A stretch of 64,000 nt of DNA, taken from positions 32,001 through 96,000 of IMG/VR virus record IMGVR_UViG_3300017971_000214; one strand, written 5' to 3'. The position numbers and the translations under genes are program-made. This document shows positions 9,455 to 15,287 of this stretch, piece by piece (positions within the stretch are counted from its first letter, which is position 1; each line of letters starts with the position of its first letter). Source of the stretch: a virus. Below the pieces are notes generated by a model. That model was not told the origin of the DNA. It made no database searches and saw only the letters and a list, made by a program, of their open reading frames with translations.

Positions 9455-9865
9455 GTGAAGGTCGAGCTGAACAACATCAAGTTCAACAGCGTCGCGCAGG
9501 CGAGGTTCACCTTCGGCTCGGACGGCAGTGGGCAGAAGTCTACGACGGGCTACCGAGCCTCGAAGCAACTACCAGCAAATTGGATCAAAACCGTCTCCTG
9601 GCTCAACAAGGGGAAGATCCATATCGTTGCGCACGAGCCCATGTTCGCGCAGAAGGACAAGACCGTCCTCACCGTCCAGGTACTCCAACCCCCGGAGCAG
9701 CAGTGGCAGGGCTCCACATTCGTAGAAGACGCCCACACCGTGCTCGTCACGCTGATGCGCCTAGCTCCTCCAACCCACCCCCTTCCTGCTCCCTCAGATG
9801 ATCCCTTCGGCGGCTTGATGGCCCCAGGCGATTGCGGATTCGACCTCCTTGTCTGGACACGCTGA
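9455..9865 (+). CDS. hypothetical protein
   Basis: GTG 1 nt after the upstream stop. Confidence 0.6.
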   Translation: MKVELNNIKFNSVAQARFTFGSDGSGQKSTTGYRASKQLPANWIKTVSWLNKGKIHIVAHEPMFAQKDKTVLTVQVLQPPEQQWQGSTFVEDAHTVLVTLMRLAPPTHPLPAPSDDPFGGLMAPGDCGFDLLVWTR

Positions 9866-9958
9866 ACCTCTCTCACTACAATTGTTGACCATTGGTGATG
9901 GTTCAGTACGCTGAGACTTAACCATCACGGACGACAGCTCACTGAAAGGACGCTTCGG

Positions 9959-10714
9959 ATGCATGAACCGGAGGACGTGATGGGTCTGAAGCCAGGAGAG
10001 AATCCGAGGCATGTGTTACCGAGACACGAGGAGCGCAAGTCGGTCTTTTACGAGTTCGATCTCGCAACGGTGGCGGAGGCCGCTGGGGTCAACTATCAGA
10101 CGGCACGCAAGGCGGTCAGCACGGGGCGCTTGCAGCTCAAGGACGCGACAGCGGCTGAGCGCTTGCGTTCGGTGGCGAGCTACATCCAGCGGGCGCTGGT
10201 GCACAAGAGCAAGCCCATCCACAGCGACGAGGCTGTAGGCATGCTGAGCCCCGAGATGAGAAAGTGGTGGGCCGATCGGTGGCCCACGTTTGAGCTGTAC
10301 CGATGCGCGCACCCCGGATGTGATGAGTTGCTGTTCGGCCCTGGAGCCTGCGCGGAGCACGGCGGGGAGAGAAGGCCGCTCATCAAGCTCGACACGGACG
10401 GCCATGTCGCGCTTCTGCTGGGACGAGACTATGTCCCGCTACATCGCCTCGTGGCGCAGACGCCGAAAGGTCAGCACACGCACCACCGAGACGGCAACCC
10501 GTGGAACAACCGCTGGCAGAACTTGGAGTCGTTGTCTCCTGCGGAGCACGAATCTCGGCACATGGGGAGTGTGCTGTCGGCCAAGGTCGTCAAGAAGCAG
10601 CCCCCACGCCGCCCCTTCCGTAGCGAAATGGGTGCGGTGTCGAAGGCGGAGATGCAGAAGAAGGTCGACGAAGCCTACATGCGGGGGCTGAAGGACGGGA
10701 AGAAACGAGCGTAG
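9959..10714 (+). CDS. HTH + HNH endonuclease domain protein
   Basis: LATVAEAAGVNYQTARK HTH; LHRLV..HHRDGNPWNNRWQNL..H HNH motif. Confidence 0.8.
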   Translation: MHEPEDVMGLKPGENPRHVLPRHEERKSVFYEFDLATVAEAAGVNYQTARKAVSTGRLQLKDATAAERLRSVASYIQRALVHKSKPIHSDEAVGMLSPEMRKWWADRWPTFELYRCAHPGCDELLFGPGACAEHGGERRPLIKLDTDGHVALLLGRDYVPLHRLVAQTPKGQHTHHRDGNPWNNRWQNLESLSPAEHESRHMGSVLSAKVVKKQPPRRPFRSEMGAVSKAEMQKKVDEAYMRGLKDGKKRA

Positions 10715-10717
10715 CTC

Positions 10718-10981
10718 ATGGCCGCGACGAAGGAAGAGATCAGAGCGTTCTACGAACAGATGCTTGACGAACACGTGGACCTCGCCGAAGAGCTGATGCA
10801 CCTCAGCCGCCGTCTAGTGCGCACGCGCGGCGTGAAGGTAACGCGCTGCGACTTCCTGAACGGACTTTCGATCACCACCATCGAAGACCCCTATGCGGAC
10901 CCTCGCGAGATGGTGCTGCGCAGCGGCATGAGCACAGCACTCGTCAAGCTGGAAGTCGACAAGCCGGAGGGGGACGAATGA
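10718..10981 (+). CDS. hypothetical protein
   Basis: Coupled ORF with genome-like codon usage. Confidence 0.6.
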   Translation: MAATKEEIRAFYEQMLDEHVDLAEELMHLSRRLVRTRGVKVTRCDFLNGLSITTIEDPYADPREMVLRSGMSTALVKLEVDKPEGDE

Positions 10982-11637
10982 GCTGGCAACCTATCTGTCA
11001 TGGTGGACAGGTTCTTCGGACCAAGAAAGCCGCGAGGGAGCGAGCGCGGGAGATCCTGAACGGCTACAGCATCGGAGAGACCTTACTTCCCAAAGACTTG
11101 GCTTTCATGCTGTTGTTGTTTGAGCGGCACCCAGAGTTCGACTTGAAGCGGGGCTGCGGGATAGCATCTGTCCAGATCGAGAGTAACTGGAACAGCCGGG
11201 GGTTCTGGATCACCCGAGTGGACGGATCTAGGACAGACATCAGTTACCGTGCGTGCCTGTCCCCACCGACACACGAGCAGAACGTCAGGAACGCGATGCG
11301 TACCGAGATACGCGACCAGATCTGGGACTTCCGTAAGGAGCATCTGAAACCGGAAGCCCGCTGCTCTGTGACCGACGAACCGTTGACGTCCAACAACGTC
11401 CACGTAGATCACAAGTACCCGTTCGAGGATCTGCTGAGAGACTTTCTCGCCGCGTGGGGTTTGAGCGCGGATCAGATAACCATCCGTCCGACCTTTGACA
11501 AAGAGACGGACACGCTTTTGGCTGACCGCGCCCTGGCTGCTGCATGGCAGAAATACCATGGGGAACGCGCAGAGCTTCGGCTGGTGACGAGGTACGCTAA
11601 CCTCCACCTGTTGAGACGGAAGCCTGAGAGTCGATGA
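10978..11637 (+). CDS. DCL/DUF3223-like protein with C-terminal HNH-like motif
   Basis: LFERHPE..K.GCGI..F.I.RVDGS..DISYRACL; C-terminal HVDHKYPF. Confidence 0.75.
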   Translation: MSWQPICHGGQVLRTKKAARERAREILNGYSIGETLLPKDLAFMLLLFERHPEFDLKRGCGIASVQIESNWNSRGFWITRVDGSRTDISYRACLSPPTHEQNVRNAMRTEIRDQIWDFRKEHLKPEARCSVTDEPLTSNNVHVDHKYPFEDLLRDFLAAWGLSADQITIRPTFDKETDTLLADRALAAAWQKYHGERAELRLVTRYANLHLLRRKPESR

Positions 11638-11954
11638 AAGGCCACAGGCGCAATCCACTTGGCCCCCTGCGGATACCGCAGGCCGCGTGGGATGAGATGT
11701 TCGAGGAGCTAGAGCCTGTTCGGCGCGAAAGCGACGGGCGGTTGCTCAAACGCTACAGGCTGGTGAAGTTCGGGGGCGTGCCCATCGAAGACGTTCCCAT
11801 CTGTGTCGAGGACCCGATGGACCAGCTCATTCACTGCGAGCTGATCGAACGCAAGCCGCTGCCGATGCCGAAGACCCCGTCCATTTTCTTCATGGACTAT
11901 TCCTACGGATCGGACGATCCTGAAGGGACAGAGGGAGAAGACCCATGCGAGTGA
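11634..11954 (+). CDS. small protein ending in a T4 gp23 (major capsid)-like peptide
   Basis: ELIERKPLPMPKTPSIFFMDYSYG; ATGA-coupled. Confidence 0.6.
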   Translation: MKGHRRNPLGPLRIPQAAWDEMFEELEPVRRESDGRLLKRYRLVKFGGVPIEDVPICVEDPMDQLIHCELIERKPLPMPKTPSIFFMDYSYGSDDPEGTEGEDPCE

Positions 11955-12208
11955 AGTGCCCCAAGTGCGAACGTGAGTACCCGATTGCTCGGGGAAGTGA
12001 GGTCATCTGCCCCTGCGGGCACCGCTTCCCTGTGAAGGGCAACGAGGTGAAGCTACCGGAGATCTTCTGCGACGAGGACTTCTTCACCCAGCCTTGCCTT
12101 CAGCCTGTGTCGGACAACAAGCCGACGAGCACGGAGGAAGACATCGAGTACTTCCAGAAGAATCTGTACGCCGCCATGGGCATCCCGCCGGACATGCTGG
12201 GGAGGTAG
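11945..12208 (+). CDS. zinc-ribbon protein ending in a portal-like peptide
   Basis: CPKC..CPCG plus EEDIEYFQKNLYAAMGIPPDMLG. Confidence 0.65.
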   Translation: MRVKCPKCEREYPIARGSEVICPCGHRFPVKGNEVKLPEIFCDEDFFTQPCLQPVSDNKPTSTEEDIEYFQKNLYAAMGIPPDMLGR

Positions 12209-12210
12209 CC

Positions 12211-12435
12211 ATGTGTTTCCACTGCCGCCCCTATCCTCACTGCGAAGTGGTTCTGCAGATCGAACGTCCTTCGGAAGAAGAGCTGCACCTGACCGTCATC
12301 AAGGGCCGCTCGACTCCAGCCGAGGTTCGCTTCGACACTGCCGAGGACGGGTCCGATGTTGTGGAGGTCGCGGTCGCTCCCAACCGCCCGGCCGAACACA
12401 TCAGGTTCAAGTTCGAGCAAGGAGATGGCGACTAG
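12211..12435 (+). CDS. small protein ending in a tail-sheath C-terminal-like peptide
   Basis: SD GGGAGG; VVEVAVAPNRPAEHIRFKFEQ. Confidence 0.65.
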   Translation: MCFHCRPYPHCEVVLQIERPSEEELHLTVIKGRSTPAEVRFDTAEDGSDVVEVAVAPNRPAEHIRFKFEQGDGD

Positions 12436-12584
12436 CCCGACAACACGGCACCGTGCCAACGGTGCGGAGAGCCGTGGCCTACGTTTCTCGACCCCGAGGA
12501 GTTCCACATCGACGGGCACTACTGCCTCGGGTGTAGGGCTTTGCGCCAGCGGGAGCGAGAGGCGGTGAGAAGGGGGGAAGCAAA

Positions 12585-13085
12585 GTGGTTAAGGTCCCCA
12601 CCATGGAAGTCCTAGACACCTACAAGTTCCAAGGTCCGGGTTTCGTAGCAGTGCTGCGTCGCTCTGAGTGCCCCGACGAGGTCCGTCAGGGCGACCGGGT
12701 GGAAGGGTCGGACGGCCGTAGGTGGGCCATCCGCGGGGTGCTTCCCGGAACGGCTGTGGTGGGACAGTCCTTCAACGAGCCCATCATTGGACTCATGCTC
12801 GAAGGGCGCGGAGAACCCAGGATCGGCAAACCCCTGGTGCTCGTGAGCGAGGGTAACGGAGACGCCATCTGGTTTTCTTCCGAGCAGGCCAGAGCTGTCC
12901 TTCACATCCTACGTACCGTCGACATCTGGTCGAAGTACGAAGGCTGCAACCCCGACAGCGCCGGACTGAAGAAGCTGCCTTTGCACGCCAAGCACTTCGA
13001 AGAAGCTCGCACCGAAGGACTGATGGATCAGCTGCGGGTCATCGGCTACGGCGCTCCCAAGAAGTCGTCGAAGAACTCCGCTTGA
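12585..13085 (+). CDS. hypothetical protein (start may be 12603)
   Basis: ORF with a beta-barrel-like N-terminal half. Confidence 0.6.
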   Translation: MVKVPTMEVLDTYKFQGPGFVAVLRRSECPDEVRQGDRVEGSDGRRWAIRGVLPGTAVVGQSFNEPIIGLMLEGRGEPRIGKPLVLVSEGNGDAIWFSSEQARAVLHILRTVDIWSKYEGCNPDSAGLKKLPLHAKHFEEARTEGLMDQLRVIGYGAPKKSSKNSA

Positions 13086-13110
13086 CAATTGCGTAGCGCA
13101 TTGATACAAC
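13082..13110 (+). promoter_or_regulatory. sigma70 promoter with a palindromic spacer
   Basis: TTGACA-17bp-TACAAC; imperfect inverted repeat CAATTGCG-TAG-CGCATTG overlapping the -35 and spacer. Confidence 0.6.
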
Positions 13111-13148
13111 GGTAGAGCTAAGGACGGCAGTTACCGAAAGGATCGAAG

Positions 13149-14207
13149 ATGGACGAGCTACAGCAGTACATGGGCATTCACGTCGACCACAACTACCTGT
13201 GCCGCGTTCGCGGGCAGGAAAACGGGGGGTGGAACGGCGACAAGGATTGGCAGGGGCACATCAAGTTCCACGCCGAGATGGACGGCCATAAGCTCGTTCC
13301 TCGCTACTTCGAGTCTGACATCGAGGGGCTGCGAAAGCAGGACCACGAGACGGCTCAGGTGGTCGACATCTCTTTCCCCGAACGGTCGGACGAACAGAAG
13401 GAGATCTCCCTGCGCCTTCGGATGCCGGACGGGTCGGAGTTCATGTACACCTTCCAATTCCACCGGTCCTCAGTCCCGAACCTCGTGAGCTTCGTGCGCA
13501 ACAGCCTTGGCGAGTTGGAGCCTCGGTCGGCATTGATCGAGTCAGCCACGACTCGCGAGAAGGCGGCCCCGCTGTTCGCCAATCCGAACGACGCCCTACG
13601 GCCTGCGGATCCGGACGAGGTGGACAAGAGTGCGGTCATGGGTGTGGTGGGCTACGCGACGGACAAGGAAGGCCAGCTGGCGGAGGAAGCGAAGATCGTC
13701 GACTACGCGCCGAGCTTGGACGACCAGAAGCTCATCGTGTTTTGGGAGAAGATGTTGGGGCGTGGGGATGTCGTCGGCGACCCCATCATCGCGCGGACTG
13801 CTTCCGTGGCGCTCATTCGGACCGCCATGCGCGAGCCCGGTAGGATCGTTCCCCTCGCAGCGGTTTGGGGGGCGAGCCGCCGCCTGCTCCATCGGACCAT
13901 CCAGTCCGTTCTTGCCTGCTCCGGTCTATGGCGCTTCGCCAAGAACAACGAGCACACCATCTGCTTCGTCAAGCCCGAGGGGGAAGACAGCTACGACTGG
14001 GGCCGGCTCTGCGAGCAGTGGCTCGCGCCCATCGAGGAGCTGAAGATCGAGGTCCACGCTATCCCCGAGTCCTCGGTGACCAGCATCCCCGGCGACAAGG
14101 CGACCAGCGAGGCGATGAAGGAAGCCCTGGACATGTGCCGTCGTCTCGATGACGAGCACCCCATGGCTCATCACCCGGCCACGCCCCGCAACCCCTTCGA
14201 GAAGTGA
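13149..14207 (+). CDS. hypothetical protein
   Basis: 352-aa ORF with SD AAAGGA. Confidence 0.75.
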   Translation: MDELQQYMGIHVDHNYLCRVRGQENGGWNGDKDWQGHIKFHAEMDGHKLVPRYFESDIEGLRKQDHETAQVVDISFPERSDEQKEISLRLRMPDGSEFMYTFQFHRSSVPNLVSFVRNSLGELEPRSALIESATTREKAAPLFANPNDALRPADPDEVDKSAVMGVVGYATDKEGQLAEEAKIVDYAPSLDDQKLIVFWEKMLGRGDVVGDPIIARTASVALIRTAMREPGRIVPLAAVWGASRRLLHRTIQSVLACSGLWRFAKNNEHTICFVKPEGEDSYDWGRLCEQWLAPIEELKIEVHAIPESSVTSIPGDKATSEAMKEALDMCRRLDDEHPMAHHPATPRNPFEK

Positions 14208-14650
14208 TCACTCTCGGCGAACTGGAAGACCTTGTGGGTCGGGCGGCGTCCGCCTCTGAAAATGTGAACGACCCTGCCTTGGCCCACACCCTCCGGGCTC
14301 TCTCGGAGGCGGCCGACTGCGCCCATGCCGCCCTGTTCCGGAAGCTCGTGCAGGACGGAATGCTGAGGGAGGCCCGCGGCAAGATGCCGGAGGAGCCCGT
14401 GGAGGCCCCTAGCAGCCCTCCAGAGGCCCCGGAGGAGCCTGAGGCGGGCGAGGATATCCCCGAGGCGGAAGACGTCTCCAGGAGTCCTCTAGCGGAGGTA
14501 GACCGCAAGTTGGCGGAGGGGCCTGTTTTCCGAGTCCGCCCCCGCAGCTCGACCCGGCGGTGTTCGGTGTGCGGGGAGCCTCAGTGGAAGCGGGCGTCGG
14601 GGTGGGTGTGCAATCGGGGGCACGAGGGAGCAGAGCCGCTGGACGAGTGA
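14204..14650 (+). CDS. hypothetical protein with C-terminal zinc finger
   Basis: GTGA coupling; CSVC..C..H. Confidence 0.65.
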   Translation: MITLGELEDLVGRAASASENVNDPALAHTLRALSEAADCAHAALFRKLVQDGMLREARGKMPEEPVEAPSSPPEAPEEPEAGEDIPEAEDVSRSPLAEVDRKLAEGPVFRVRPRSSTRRCSVCGEPQWKRASGWVCNRGHEGAEPLDE

Positions 14651-14665
14651 CATGATCGTCACGTC

Positions 14666-14694
14666 TTGAGCTTCTGGGCATCTTAGCCTAGAGT
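14666..14694 (+). promoter_or_regulatory. sigma70 promoter, leaderless
   Basis: TTGAGC-17bp-TAGAGT, 7 nt to ATG 14702; no SD. Confidence 0.6.
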
Positions 14695-14701
14695 ATCCCC
14701 C

Positions 14702-15166
14702 ATGCCTCTACTCACCGAAGAACAGAAGCGGCTCATGGGGATCGAACCCCGCGACTTCGGCGGCATGCCTGCCATGTTCCAGCCCGGAGCCTTCCAAGAG
14801 ATGTCTGCCGAGGAGCTGGCAGAGGCCAAGAAGAAGGCCAAGAAGAAGAAGGCCAAGGGCCGGAAGAAGAGGACCGAGGGTCGCCGGTCGCTGACCCTGT
14901 TCCCCACCACGGAGGCCATGGTCAACGCTCTGGAGCGGGCCAACAAGCTCATCCAGCGGGTGAACGCCACGGTCAACCGCGAGCGCCAGGGGTCCTCGGG
15001 CACCGTCATGAATGAGAAGGCGCGCGCCGACATGTACCGGCTCGACCAAGAGCTAGCCACGGCCATGGACGCCGTGCGTTCGGCGAGCGACGCTCTGGAG
15101 TGCATCGAGCAGGCCAAGAAGATGGCTGCCCGCGAGGCGCGCCAAGCCCGCCGTCAGGGCCGCTAG
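14702..15166 (+). CDS. basic coiled-coil hypothetical protein
   Basis: Lys-rich stretch; strong codon bias; followed by a terminator. Confidence 0.75.
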   Translation: MPLLTEEQKRLMGIEPRDFGGMPAMFQPGAFQEMSAEELAEAKKKAKKKKAKGRKKRTEGRRSLTLFPTTEAMVNALERANKLIQRVNATVNRERQGSSGTVMNEKARADMYRLDQELATAMDAVRSASDALECIEQAKKMAAREARQARRQGR

Positions 15167-15188
15167 TTCCCCCCACACCTCCGGGAAG

Positions 15189-15217
15189 AAAGGTCGATCT
15201 TCGGGTCGGCCTTTTTT
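15189..15217 (+). terminator. rho-independent terminator
   Basis: AAAGGTCGATC-TTCG-GGTCGGCCTTT stem-loop ending in a T-run. Confidence 0.8.
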
Positions 15218-15226
15218 GATCTTCCT

Positions 15227-15256
15227 GTTGACAATCCTTTTCCTATGTGATATTGT
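15227..15256 (+). promoter_or_regulatory. strong sigma70 promoter (copy 2 of the shared motif)
   Basis: TTGACA-17bp-TATTGT; GTTGACAATC.....CCTATGTGATA shared with 4275. Confidence 0.75.
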
Positions 15257-15287
15257 TTTTACGTACCCTGGGAGAAGGACAGAGCAG

